A stretch of 63,712 nucleotides of DNA, counting the filler, from Octopus bimaculoides (Eukaryota): NCBI RefSeq assembly GCF_001194135.2. It is 5 parts of 4 records of this genome, joined end to end, with 100 filler letters (N's around TTAATTAATTAA, not from the genome) between each part and the next. Parts side by side here need not be neighbours in the genome. Positions count along the whole stretch, not along the records: positions 21,476 to 43,440 come from NC_068982.1; 4 more parts are not named here. One strand, written 5' to 3'. How positions within the stretch are numbered: position 1 is the stretch's first letter; each line of letters begins with the position of its first letter. Both the position numbers and the translations under genes were made by a program. The notes beneath the pieces are model-generated. The model ran no database searches and was not told the DNA's origin. It saw only the letters and a program-made list of their open reading frames with translations. This document shows positions 25,033 through 38,665 of this stretch, piece by piece.

Positions 25033-27213
25033 TCATTCCATATGCAACTGTTAGCACCGTGTCAGAATCATTTAACTTTTTAGCGAGGCCAGGTCGAAAC
25101 GAAAAGCTTTACAAATTAAACAGCTAAATTATTCGTCCCACTTCATCCCCTCGCCTCCACTCTAACTTGTAAGGACACAAGTGTTAGACAGCAAGTAGGA
25201 TGGTGAAACTGTCAACAAATCGAACCTATTTTAACACGAGCAAATAGGCTATGGATAACACCATTGAGTGTAAATAAATAAAAATATAGAACAATAAATA
25301 ATATTTCCGGACGAGCGTAATCCGCAATTTTTATTGCAATGTTTTATATATAATCACTTATTCACTAATTATTTCCCTTGAGACCTACAAATGAGAATGA
25401 AAATGAAAACCTCCGTTGAGTTAGTTCAGAGAAACTGCGCAGTGGAAATATTGGCCAAATATCTTTCGGATCACACTCTATTGATCTCAGAGATAAAAGA
25501 CAGCCAATACTTGGTCATTTATGTTGCTAGAAATAGCAGTAAAATTATTTCAAATTATACCATACCGTCTTAGAGAAGGCGCAGACATATTAGTTGCAGA
25601 AAGCTAGATATATGTAGTATACTTTTAATGTTCAGTAACAATATTGATACGGGGTGAGTTCAGAAATTTCATTAAGCGATGCTCCACATATTTATATTTT
25701 ACATATATATATTTCTTCTGCCAAGACAAAAATGGCGCATGTTTTACAGAAGAACTGGAAATGGTGATATTCATGTTTCACATTATTGTTATTAACAAAA
25801 TCATGTAATTGAACTATGAGTATTAAAGGACTCAAACAAAATAAGAATATCACTAATGTAATTTTCAACTTCTTTTATTCTCTCATGATGTATCAAGAAA
25901 ATGAAATTCTGGACAGTATATCTCATCTTCCAAGCATCTATGATGTATATGGCGTTTCAATCCATTATTCCTCAGATTTACTCCCTTTATCTTGTGACAT
26001 TTCTTGGTGACTTTCTTGACAATTAGTATATGCATGACAAAATCGTTTTATGTGGATCTCCTTGGGTTATTTTGTTCACAGGGTACCATTTTTTTTTACA
26101 GGATATCACAGAGCCTGTGTGCTCAGTAAGAAAGGAACAGTAACAAATACCGCAAAGCATATCTATCGTCGCCTTGGGCCGGTATTTTTTGTTTTTGATA
26201 AAGAACAAAGTCCATAACGGTAACACGTATAAGTCGTAGGAAATATTGTAAGGCATCTGGTCCGACGTTCTAACTATTCTTCCAGTTTATCTCATGCTTA
26301 CTAGTGGTGTTATCTTCCCACTTACAATTATGTCTCAGAAGAACTGTACTTGTTATCTTTTTGCTTATAAACTTCTAAAACAGTGGTCCTATGTTGCTAA
26401 AGCAACTGTTATGCAGTACCTTAATCACTGAGGGTAGCACAATAATGCGATAGATGTTTCCTACTTGAGTGAACTGGTAAAATCAGCCCCGTAATATACA
26501 AAGAATGAGTTATATTCGTGTGTTGCAAAAGAATGGCTTAACGTTCGTAGACAACTTTCTTTTCTATATAATATTCAATACGACAGTGAAATTTTCTCCA
26601 AACATTTGTCCTCTTTCCAATGCACCAGCATATATTATATCTATCCACCCTTTATTAAGTTCAGTGGGCCATTGAGGGTTAAGTGTTTGTGTCATGGACA
26701 TTGCACATCAACACTGATGGGATCCAAACAGTAATTCGTTCGACTAGTATGGTGACATACTAAAGGCACATTTAGAAGCATCCTTCAGAAATTGTGTAAG
26801 GTATCAAATAAAATTTAAATCTAATTGGACAGATGCAATTACCTTTCTCGATCAATTTAGCAAAGGTCATATGAAATTATTCAGCAGATGGAGTGCAATT
26901 AATGCGGATATTCTATCGGTGGTCTTGAGGGGAAATATAGATTTGCTTCCACTTTCCAGAGTAGGCGATTGTATAGCTCGGAGACTGGAGTGGTATTCTT
27001 AACTGGTTTACATGATTTAGCCAGTCTGCTTATCTCTAGCTATATTGTAGGACATATCTGTGTGTGTTCGTGTGTGTGTGTTTCATATTTGTGTTTGTAA
27101 GTTTGTATGTTGAAGTTTTGATATAGATGCAGGGAGAGAGAAAGAGAGAGAGCGATTAATAGTAATGGACGGTATTCATATAATTACATTAAATGAGCCA
27201 ATGTAAGAATGAT

Positions 27214-27215
<2 letters not shown>

Positions 27216-27278
<63 letters not shown>

Positions 27279-27283
27279 TAACA

Positions 27284-27336
<53 letters not shown>

Positions 27337-27354
27337 NNNNNNNNNNTGATAATG

Positions 27355-27424
<70 letters not shown>
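27216..27424. repeat. (AAT)n microsatellite
   Basis: Seen directly in the sequence. Confidence 0.95.
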
Positions 27425-27590
27425 GCTTTCTGCTATAGGCATATAGCCTCAAATTTGGGGATGAAGCCAATCATTTATATCGACCCGAGTGTTCAACTGG
27501 TACTTATTTCATCGACCACAAAAGGATGAAAGACAAAGCTGATCTCGGCAGAAATTGAACACTAAAAGATGAAGTCAGACGAAATGCCTG
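27424..27590 (-). mobile_element. SINE family B
   Basis: CTGGTACTTATTTCATCGACC..AAAGGATGAAAGACAAAG..CAGACGAAATGCC. Confidence 0.8.
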
Positions 27591-28291
27591 ACTATAATGC
27601 TACGAAATTATATTCTACATAATCTTTTAATGTTTATTTTTGTTCGAATGCAGAGCTCTTTTATAAACACACCCACACACACCACTAAGATATCTTAAAA
27701 CATGGATAGACTCCTATCAGTGTCTGTTTCTCCCCAGCCTTTCTTCCCGACTCCCGATAGAACTGTATTTCCACTTAGCTCGTATCCTCTCACCCGTTTT
27801 TCCTCACCTTTTGTATTAATCACTTTTAGTCTTTCTCATTCCTCCTATACACTTCTTTTGGTGAAAGACCAGCGTCCAAAATGGGAAGTTTCTTTTCTTT
27901 ACCGTTTACCTTTTAAATGCTAGGTTACTACAATATTCGCTAAAACATGTCACTCCTATGTTGTATTTTTCCTTTGTTTTTGTCCATTCAGTGGATCCAG
28001 TAGAAGGAAACTGAAAGAAGCCCGTATATATATATACGTATATACAATGATATATATATATATATATATATATATANNNNNNNNNNNNNNNNNNNNNNNN
28101 NNNNNNNNNNNNNNNNNNNNNNNNNNNNNNNNNNNNNNNNNNNNNNNNNNNNNNNNNNNNNNNNNNNNNNNNNNNNNNNNNNNNNNNNNNNNNNNNNNNN
28201 NNNNNNNNNNNNNNNNNNNNNNNNNNNNNNNNNNNNNNNNNNNNNNNNNNNNNNNNNNNNNNNNNNNNNNNNNNNNNNNNNNNNNNTTTTT

Positions 28292-28431
28292 TTGCAGTTT
28301 CCGTCAATCAGATCCACTCACAAAGCTTTAGTCGACCCAAGGCTATACAAGAAGACGCTTGCCCAAGGTGCTCATTCATGGGACTGAATCCGAAACCATG
28401 TGGCTGAGAAGCAAGTTTCTTAGCACGAGGC
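28292..28431 (-). mobile_element. SINE family A, 5' half
   Basis: CAGTTTCCGTC..ATCCACTCACAAAGCTTT..GAAGACGCTTGCCCAAGGTGC..GGGACTGAA..AACCATGTGG. Confidence 0.85.
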
Positions 28432-28483
28432 TAGTTTGCGAATATAAATGTATGTATGTATGTATGTATGCATGTATGTATGT

Positions 28484-28530
28484 ATACTAGCACAGGCACC
28501 CGGTGTTGCCCGGGAATGAAATTGTTCCTT
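28484..28530 (+). mobile_element. Possible Helitron/HINE-type terminal fragment
   Basis: TACTAGC..CCCGGTGTTGCCCGGG (short subterminal hairpin) directly after a (TATG)n tract. Confidence 0.35.
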
Positions 28531-28641
28531 ATATATTGGAAGAAAAAAAGCAAAAAGCTAAATATGTTGCATTGAAATTATTCTGAATTCAATTTGTTTT
28601 TCGATTGGGAAATCATTTCTGTATTCACAATACAAATAATG

Positions 28642-28708
<67 letters not shown>

Positions 28709-29313
28709 CAACAACAAAAACACCAACAATAGCAACAACAACAACAACAACAACAACAACAGCAAGAACAATAATAATAATAGTAAATGCCCTGATGCAG
28801 TACCAGGCAGTGGCTCTCATGGTTTCTGATCTTAAGTGATTGGAAGTGCTATCATGCACGTTGATTTGTCTTGGTATAAAAGATGGGCTACAGCAAATAT
28901 TCTGCTCATTACCACAGATTGCTTGTCAGTTGTTTGACTTTAACCAGTTGAGCATGTCCCTTGGTGGCTGACGATATGTGGATCTCTGATCACGAGCAGA
29001 TGTAGTGAGGGAGCATCATAGCAATGTGTTGAGAGGAATTCTTTGAGATTTGGATAATTTGCCTTTGGAAACATGGGTGTTTCGTTCAACCTCCTTAAAC
29101 AACTCTTATTCAGAGACCTTTTGAGCGGGCTGGGCTACTCGATCTGCAATGTCTGCGCTGTTTATCTTGATATGAGATCACGATGTCACGCACATATGGT
29201 TGTGATGCTTGTGCCTGGTGTACCCTTATCAGACGGGTAGTCATGATGGTTATACTGGGCTTCGTAAATTTTACCCCAGTGCCACTTAAATGGCATGCAC
29301 TGTTCTCTCGCTC

Positions 29314-29366
<53 letters not shown>

Positions 29367-29384
29367 TGATGATGATGATAATAA

Positions 29385-30600
29385 TAAAACAACTTTACCT
29401 GCTAAGAAGAGATGGTGGTCATGAACTTTTACAACTGGAATTAACAATGAAGATTGTTACAACTGGCCTAGACACTTAGCTGAAAAACTCTGAGGACTGG
29501 ATGTTAAAACTTGTCTCAAAGCATGAAAGCAAGAAAGCATCATACTCAGTAACAAAACAGGCAAAGGAATATCCAAGTGAATTCCGAATACAACAAACTC
29601 CGGAATTAGACGTACTAGAAACATGCACAATAAAACTAAGCGTATGAAAACCCGTGCTAAAACTGCTGCCTTAGATGTTCTTACTGAAAAATGGCAAGAA
29701 AAACCTCTGAATGACAAATACTCAAAGAGAACTAATAGTGCCGATGTTGGCAAAGGCCTTACCCATCAATTGTTAGTGTCTTCTAGCTTAAAATCAGAAG
29801 CAGAGGAATTATCATAGCAGCCCAAGATCAATGCCTACCTACAAGGAACGACCAGGCCAACATATTAAAGAACGGCAGTAGCCCAAAATGTCGTGTATGT
29901 CAACAACAAAATGAAACCATTGATCATGTTATCTCCATGTGCAGTCTTCTTGATAGAGCAGCACAATATATTCACTGGGTAATTTGTAAAAAAGCTCGAC
30001 CTGTCCCATGATAAAAATTGGTCACAACACAAACCACCTTCAGTGCTTGAAAATGATCACATCTCACTCCTCTGGAACTTCACCATTCAAACTGACAGAA
30101 AGATAGGTGCGAATAGGCCACACATTATATTGAAAGACTTCAGACAATAACCCTGCCTCCTCATTGATATGACTGTTCCAATCGGCATAACTGTATCCGT
30201 GAAGACCTACCAAACACTGAGCAAGTATAAAGATCTTGAAATAGAAATTGGCAAAATGTGGAACCACATGACTAAAACTTGTTGTCATAGGTGCCCTAGG
30301 AATGATAACAAAAATGGGCTGATTGCTAACTAGCTCAGATACCGGGAAACCCCAAAATGGCAGAAATTCAAAAGATAGTGCGCATAGCAGTTGCCCATAT
30401 TCTACGTAAAATACTCTCTATGTAATCTCAAATTTTAAAACAAACTCATAATTTTCTTGTTTTCTTAAACATTCTCTCGAACAATACTTTGTACAAAACC
30501 AAATATATGACACCCAAGGCATGACACCAACATGAATTTCTAACTTGTTATCTCTTGAAGTCTCTGGGTCTCAACTTGTACAAATACAAAGCGGAAGTCA
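29385..30600 (+). mobile_element. Degenerate R4/Dong-like LINE 3' portion
   Basis: Across frameshifts: LKSEAE..IIAAQDQCLPTRN..CRVCQQQNETIDHVIS..WNFTIQTDRKIGANRPHII..LLIDMTVP..LSKYKDLEIEIGKMW (CCHC plus PD-(D/E)xK RLE). Flanked by AAT-rich repeats. Confidence 0.9.
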
Positions 30601-30758
30601 ATCTAATTATAATACTAATATTACTACTACTAATAATAATAATCTGATCTTTTCCAAGTCCCCTTAACAGGTGCAACTCTTTTGTCAAACGCATTCATCT
30701 CATCTTGATGAAGACACTAACGTCTTTATTCTGACGATTGGCGAAGTTTTACAGCTGC

Positions 30759-30852
<94 letters not shown>

Positions 30853-31119
30853 GCACGCACGCACAACTATTACACACACACACAAAAGACCACTACTCCT
30901 GTTACAATACTGCTGAATTCTTCCTACAACATTAAGAGACACAAAATTCACATACACACATACATACACTCATGCACACACATACCTCTATCTTTTACAC
31001 TCTCCTGTCTTAGAAAGAAATTTTCCTTCACCCATTCCCTTCCGGTCATTTCAAAATGTAATCACATTTGAATCGTTGGCGATTTTTTCCCTCCGTCTTC
31101 CTTTTCTATTGTGTCTCTT

Positions 31120-31154
31120 GTTTCCGAAGAAGAGCTTTGCTCGAAATGCAAAAT
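31120..31154 (+). ncRNA. Degenerate minimal hammerhead motif (family 3)
   Basis: TTT-CCGAAGA-A-GAGC-TTT-GCTC-GAAA-TGCA-AAA; stem II is intact, core and stem III are mutated. Confidence 0.45.
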
Positions 31155-31166
31155 GACTTTTCTTTC

Positions 31167-31207
<41 letters not shown>

Positions 31208-31513
31208 CTCTCTAACAGATCAACGCAGCAGATGTACTGAGAAGTAATATTCGTAGCCACGTTAAAATGGCTTCTCGTTCGATGTGCATCGTTAACCAGC
31301 TAGTGGAGATGTCCTCTCGGGGTTAAAAAATTGCATTAAAGTCCGCACGAACAAACAGCCATATTAAAATCACTACGAATATTACTTATACGTATGCACA
31401 CATGTGTGTGTATGTGTCTGTATGTATCATATTTGAAGAAAAATCAAAAACCAAGACAGAACGAACATCTCAATTCATTTAGTATAATTTAATTATGGTA
31501 AGGTGAATTTGAA

Positions 31514-31589
31514 GTCTTGCAGCTGTTTCTGGTATAACCCAAGTGGTAGGTTAGCATGACCACGCACTCGACATACCGTCATCAGAGAC
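31514..31589 (-). ncRNA. Type I hammerhead motif (family 2) with long loop II
   Basis: Minus strand: GTCT-CTGATGA-CGGTAT..ATACCA-GAAA-CAGCTG-CA-AGAC. Stem I is GTCT/AGAC and stem III is palindromic; two positions are mutated. Confidence 0.6.
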
Positions 31590-31790
31590 AATGTATGAAT
31601 ATTTTAGACAGGGAAAATTTCCCCTTTTTTAAAAGATAAAATTTATAGTTTATAAGGAATGAAATAGAAGAATAAAGAGTAAAGGTAGTTAGAAGAATAT
31701 AAGCAGGAGATTAACGTCCATAATTTATCTTATTCCAGAGGATGTTCATCGGTACTTCCATGAAGGTACAGGTAAATCCAGGTAGATATG

Positions 31791-31839
<49 letters not shown>

Positions 31840-31879
31840 ACATACACACACACTTTACTTTAATACTTTCAACTCGAGA

Positions 31880-32480
31880 GCCATGGCCACACTGGTGCAC
31901 CGCCGTTAGCTTTGCTATAGTTATGGTATGTGGCATTTGGTGAATGAGGGAGTTTGGAGCTAATACTCTCATCTGTGTTTCTTGCTTCGAGGTATGTTCA
32001 TCCAGGACTCTTGACAGGAAGGGATCTAGTTTTGTTTTGAAGACGCCTACATCCACCCGAAGTATGCTTTTGGGGAAGATATTGAGAAGCGGTGGGCCTT
32101 TGAAACCTAAGCTGTTACAGTATCTAGACGTATATCCTGATGGCAATGTTGGGATTTTTAGTACTATGCAGTGGTGCCCCGTTCTACATTTCGCGTAGCT
32201 TACAATGCCAAAGTTTGATACAAGTTATTTACTGCATACCTGTCCCACCTTCTTTCTAGGGAGTAGAGCCTTAACATTTTCAGTCTCTCACAGTAACTGA
32301 CATGTCCCATTGAGGTGATATTCGTTGAGTAGCTTCGCCAGATTGCTTCGAGTTCCATCGTTAAATTTACTCTGTATGGTGATCATAGTCGGGAGCAGTA
32401 ATCTAAACAGCGGAGGACAAATATCCTCCAAAGAACCATGATGGTCTCCTGTTCTCCCGTTCTGAAAGTTCTAGGGATCT
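31880..32480 (-). mobile_element. CR1/L2-like LINE 3' end relic
   Basis: SYCERLKMLRLYSLE..RYAV and GFKGPPLLNIFPKSI..FKTKLDPFLSRVLDE..NSLIHQ, typical of post-RT C-termini in CR1/L2-group LINEs; ends at a (GT)n tract. Confidence 0.75.
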
Positions 32481-32533
32481 ATACGACTAACCGCCTACAT
32501 GTTGTTGCCAGCTTAGTAACATGCACCTTTTTG

Positions 32534-32585
<52 letters not shown>

Positions 32586-33087
32586 NNNNNNNNNNNNNNN
32601 NNNNNNNNNNNNNNNNNNNNNNNNNNNNNNNNNNNNNNNNNNNNNNNNNNNNNNNNNNNNNNNNNNNNNNNNNNNNNNNNNNNNNNNNNNNNNNNNNNNN
32701 NNNNNNNNNNNNNNNNNNNNNNNNNNNNNNNNNNNNNNNNNNNNNNNNNNNNNNNNNNNNNNNNNNNNNNNNNNNNNNNNNNNNNNNNNNNNNNNNNNNN
32801 NNNNNNNNNNNNNNNNNNNNNNNNNNNNNNNNNNNNNNNNNNNNNNNNNNNNNNNNNNNNNNNNNNNNNNNNNNNNNNNNNNNNNNNNNNNNNNNNNNNN
32901 NNNNNNNNNNNNNNNNNNNNNNNNNNNNNNNNNNNNNNNNNNNNNNNNNNNNNNNNNNNNNNNNNNNNNNNNNNNNNNNNNNNNNNNNNNNNNNNNNNNN
33001 NNNNNNNNNNNNNNNNNNNNNNNNNNNNNNNNNNNNNNNNNNNNNNNNNNNNNNNNNNNNNNNNNNNNNNNNNNNNNNNNNNNNNNN

Positions 33088-33129
<42 letters not shown>

Positions 33130-34195
33130 GTATATATATCATACATAACGCACTTACATCGTTGATACGCAAGACTGTGTTACATGCAAGAATGCACAAT
33201 ATATACGGCTGGGAGACGAAGAATCGTCCCAGTAGCATACAAAAAAGATTGTTTGCTCGCAAAACATAGTAGCATATTGCTTTTCATCGGTGAATATATT
33301 TTTGATATGCTACGTAGCTGACTATTTGAATGTAATACTGCTTCAATAGTGTACACCAAGTTTTTATGAAGTCTGGCAGCTATTTGCAATTCCGCAATAG
33401 CAATCCAATATTGGAGGTGACAGATTTTATCTAGGTTGTTGCGTGTTTACGTTATTGACAAGGCTCAGTAAGACCGAAGTGTAGCTGGTGTTCTCACTAA
33501 CCGCTGCCAGAAGAACTTTTCGTCTCCATCTGATTGACATACACATATATTTTCCTAACGCAGCACGTCTATAAAGCATTTAATGTCGGACTGAGACTGC
33601 AGTATCTTGGATTCAACCGCTTATACACACACAACGAGATATATTCGTACGGGTATGTATACATGAATAATATACATGCGAATTATAAACATATGCAGAT
33701 GTTATGTAGTGAAGTCCTAGATACCCCTAAGCACATGTAAATTTTCTCATATTCCTTCAACAATATTTTATGGTCTACTTTGTAAATATTTACAGATGAT
33801 TAGTTGTATCCGATATAATATAACCATAACATTCTCGTTGTTGTGTATTACTGCAAACCTATGATTATTATAATTTCTCCAGCAATTTTCAGCTCCGTCA
33901 GAATTTCAATCTCATTATCTCAATCACCACTGAATGAAGTATATTATCTGTGGTAAATCGAAAGTAATGATCATCGGGTAATCTCGAATATGTTTCCCAT
34001 CGTCTCTAGTGGTTGGTACTTTCATCATTGTTCTTTCGTTCGTATTGAATCGTTAAGAATATCGTGGATTACCTCAGAGAAATATACAAACGGAGACGAG
34101 AAAGTTTGCGATAGAAATGAAAAGAAGCATAAAGAAGAATGATACGCAGCATTGTGAATCAATGTGGATTTAACAGGTGGAGCAGAAAGATTATG

Positions 34196-34251
<56 letters not shown>

Positions 34252-34789
34252 CACACACACACACATATGTAGAGAGAGATAGAGAGATATACAAACACAC
34301 ACACACAAATACACACACATATATATGTATATAAATATATACCTCTCTCTTTTATATATTTCTCTGCACACATACACACACTGAGAGATGTTAATGATAT
34401 ATATAAAGGAGAGGAAGTGGGGTGAAATGTAGGGACAAAGAAGAGAGAGCAAAGCGAAGAGAGGAGTAGAGGAAAATATCAGGAAACAGAAATGTGAAGC
34501 GGAAGGAGTTGGTGACCGGAAAAGCGGAAGTGCAGAGAAGAAGAATCAAGAGAGAAAAATGGTAAGCGGTTGAGAAATGAAAGAAAGTAAAAGAACAATA
34601 ATAATGATAAAGAGTGAATTAGAAAGAGAGATAAACATGAAGGGAAAGAAAGAGGAAAGTATAAATAGATGATGGACATGATGATGAGGTAAAATACTGA
34701 TAAAGCAAAAAGGTGGATGTGATGTAGAAGAACAGAGTGTACAGGAAGGGAAAATTATGAAAAAGCTAGAGATAGATACATAGAAAGAG

Positions 34790-34793
34790 AGAC

Positions 34794-34827
<34 letters not shown>

Positions 34828-34879
34828 GACAGACGGACTAAGAGACATGCAGACAGAGAAATAGATAGATAGATAGATG

Positions 34880-34973
<94 letters not shown>

Positions 34974-34997
34974 AGGAAAGATAGATAGATAGATAGA
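34790..34997. repeat. (GATA)n/(GAAA)n compound microsatellite
   Basis: Seen directly in the sequence. Confidence 0.95.
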
Positions 34998-36853
34998 AGT
35001 GAGAAACAATAATTATAGGGAGAGTGAATTTGTTATAGGAAAAAAAGATGAAGAGTGTGAGAGAGATGAAAACGCGACGCTGAAGTAAAAGTGTTAGTAA
35101 ACAGAGAGAATATATAAGAAATGAGACACAGGCGGTGTTGGAGGTTTAGAAACAGCGACATAAAGACTTCTTTGTATTCCTTTGTATGAAGTACATTGAT
35201 ATTAGCTTCATTAGAATTTTGATGACGTCTGTTTCTTCACACTTATCTATCATTTTTATATTTTTCTCAGTCCCAGGTGTAGAAATTCTATCGATCAGAT
35301 CAATCAAAGAAGTTAGCCAAACATACAATTAGATTAGGATCTGTTTATGGCCCTCTAGAAGTCCGTTTACATCTAAGCGTTCGTTTCACTTGCTTGCTTG
35401 CTTGACGCAATCAGTCCTGACATGCCAAAATGAAAACCATTTCCCTGACGAAAGACGTTGTGTGTTTAACATCCACAAGCAAGATGCTGGCGTTTTAAAT
35501 CATTAACTCGGCCATTCCGTGGAAACTAACATCACCGTTACTTCCATTGCCAATGACAACAATAATAACAGCAACAACAATAACAACAACAGTAGTGACA
35601 ACAACAACAACAGCAACTGCATCAGCCACGACAGCACCAACAGGACCACTGCAATGACTATAAACACAGTTGCCAATGACAACAATTATCATGGCCATAA
35701 AATGACAGCGACAACTGTACCAACTGCAGCAACAACAACAACAACAGTAATAGCTGTACAACTAACATAGCAAAACAAAAGGAACAACTGTACGAAGTGC
35801 AGTAGAAACACAACACATTAAACTCAAGCATCACCATCACTTCCATCCTACTAATCATCATCATCATCATCATCATCTTTACCATTAAAATCTACAATAC
35901 TATCACCAGCAGCATCATTAATCAACTATCTAGTTAAATGTCTCAGAGAAAACCATTTTCATTCCACATCACAAAATCCTTCCCCCTTCCCTGGCATAGC
36001 TTCAACTTTTTCCCTGGTCAGTCTTGTCTAAGCAGACGAATATTCAAAGTAATTCAAACAATGGCCATTTTGTCATCTCAGAAATATTGTTTCCTAGCTT
36101 ACAATATAAAATATTTTGCTTTAAGGTTATAGGTTGAAAATAACTTTTTGCTTCCTTCCCATCAGTCCCATAAGTTCTGTAAACGAGGCCTTGCCTCCGA
36201 ACTAAAGCTTAAGAGATAAAAATCTTGTAAGATTTGTATCTTGTTTCGAGTAGGTCTTNNNNNNNNNNNNNNNNNNNNNNNNNNNNNNNNNNNNNNNNNN
36301 NNNNNNNNNNNNNNNNNNNNNNNNNNNNNNNNNNNNNNNNNNNNNNNNNNNNNNNNNNNNNNNNNNNNNNNNNNNNNNNNNNNNNNNNNNNNNNNNNNNN
36401 NNNNNNNNNNNNNNNNNNNNNNNNNNNNNNNNNNNNNNNNNNNNNNNNNNNNNNNNNNNNNNNNNNNNNNNNNNNNNNNNNNNNNNNNNNNNNNNNNNNT
36501 CCCAGTATATGGTTTACCATCCAAACTGGATCTTGATATAATTCTGAAAGCGGCATGAAGACAAAATCTTTTATTTAAGAAATAATAAAATAAATTACGA
36601 AATGATTATGAATAATAATGCAAATCAATAGTGACTACAGAAAATTTATCACAAGCAAAAAAAAAAACCCCCAAAAAAAACAAACTGAAAAATAACTCCC
36701 CCAGAAAGCCATCAAATGTGCCGCGGTGGAACGAAACATCGTTGATACTCAATTTGCCAGAATAGAAGCCAAGTCTAAGGATGAGTTAATACTAGATTTT
36801 ATGCATTTCGGAAAATTCAGGATGGTCGTGATGGCTGGTGTATCTTGAGCACT

Positions 36854-37149
36854 TTAACCGCCACGGTTTATAATTGGAACTTACCGGCGACACCAGTATT
36901 TATGTTTTATGTTGCGTTTCCGGTCATACTGCATACTGTGTAATTAATAATAATTTTTTTTTTTCATTTTAACAACATTTCGTTATTTAACTTTAGTATT
37001 AAGCACTCATGTTATTTAAATATCCTCGAAATCATGTCAAAGGTACAAAATGAAATATTTTCTCAAATTATGAAATTGGACTACCGGTGGTGCATATGGC
37101 TGTTGTTTGAAGTTTGCGATGAATTACCGGTGGTACATGTAGCGGTTAA
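36854..37149. mobile_element. Possible piggyBac-like (TTAA) MITE
   Basis: TTAA-CCGCCAC..GTAGCGG-TTAA termini, with internal ACCGGTGG/ACCGGCG subrepeats. Confidence 0.4.
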
Positions 37150-38490
37150 CGTGTTAATCATAGATCTTCTCTGTGAATGTTGATTAGAGCTAAAGAACAA
37201 CATAGTTTGGGGAATTTCTTGCAATTGAAATGTTTAAAAATTGGTTGGGGAGGATTATTGATTTGCTGAAAAGCTTCGTGATGGTAACGGTTTGATAACT
37301 TTTGTTGTAGAGTTTTTGGTTAATTATATTCGGCTGTAATTTTTCTTATATTTTCCAGTTGCACGTAAGAAACGGTATTGATATTGAATTACATCTCTAG
37401 TAATTAATATGAATTTATAAAATAGATTCAATGTCACTTCACGAAGGCATGCTGTAGTAGTTAGACCACTGGGGTCAGTATATTAAAATGGTAAGTTATA
37501 TTCCTAGAGCGGGTGGAGCAATGCACTTTATTTCACGTTTAACGTCTACTCACCAAAAAATCGTGTTGTGTCTGCAGCAGCTTTGCGAATGCAAGATATC
37601 AACGGCTGTAAATGGATCCAGCACACTCACTACACGATATGCGGCTGCACATCTTAGGAAAAGACTTATAAGACTGATTGAACAATTTCATTTAAATAAA
37701 GAAACAACAAAACCTGATGCACTGTGAATCGTATCTCCTTTTACCTTCAACAATCATACGCATTTATAATTGCCATAACTTAACCTACTTCAACAACAAA
37801 GAAAATGAAACTGGAGTGTCTCTTTTTGGCAATTATATATCTGATCGTTTTCCTTTTTGACTTTTGGATGGCATGTGCTTCTCTCAAAAAATGGCACAGA
37901 GACAATGAATAATTAAGTTTAAGAAATAAATAAAATAATCTAAAATAGAATTATGAATAAAAAAAGCAAGAGAAATGTTATTAAAAGTGTGAATAATAAA
38001 AGCGAAATGAAATAGTACGCCGTATGTTCCGATAGATTGCAGTAATAAGAAATACGGAATGAAATTGAATAAGTTCACGGAATGAATGTAACTGACGATG
38101 GCATGAAGAATAAGTGCTTAATGGTTTAACCACTCGAAACCGGTACGTTATTATCCCCTGTATTAAACCGTCACTGTCGGTGGTCTGTCATCGAGTAATT
38201 CACTCGACATAATTTGAGCAGATAAGAAGTCAAGTGTTCTTTATTAAAACAACTGGTAATATATTATGTAACATATTGTGTATGGTGGGATACTCATATA
38301 TCTCATGGAATACACGAAATATATTAAGAAAACAATGAGATAACATCAACGTGATCATTTGACCAACAGAAATAGCAGGTAAATCTTCTTCAAGTCATAT
38401 GCTATAATTGTAAAGTCAAAGAACTGGTTTTAAAGATACAGAACAGATTTTATAATATAATGCTACGCATTATTTTATGCAGGTGTTTAA

Positions 38491-38665
38491 GGCGGCGAGC
38501 GGGCCACATTTCTCCCATCTTTACATTCTGAGTTCCAATTCCGCCGGAGTCGACTTTGCCTTTCATCTTTCGGGGTCGATGAAAGAAGTACTAGTCAAGA
38601 ACTGGGGTCGATGTAATCGACTGTCGCCCTTCCATCAAATATCAAGCCTTGTGCCTATTATAGAA
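38491..38665 (+). mobile_element. SINE family B
   Basis: GGCGGCGAGC..GAGTTCCAATTCCGCCGGAGTCGACTTTGCCTTTCATCTTTCGGGGTCGAT. Confidence 0.85.

Noticed and set aside
30671-30750. Possible exon after CCCTTAACAG
   Set aside because: No convincing donor, short frames, no recognisable protein, and it lies among repeat debris.
31190-31310. Helitron-like TATATAAAA..CTAGT segment
   Set aside because: No clear subterminal hairpin and only a single copy; too weak to call.
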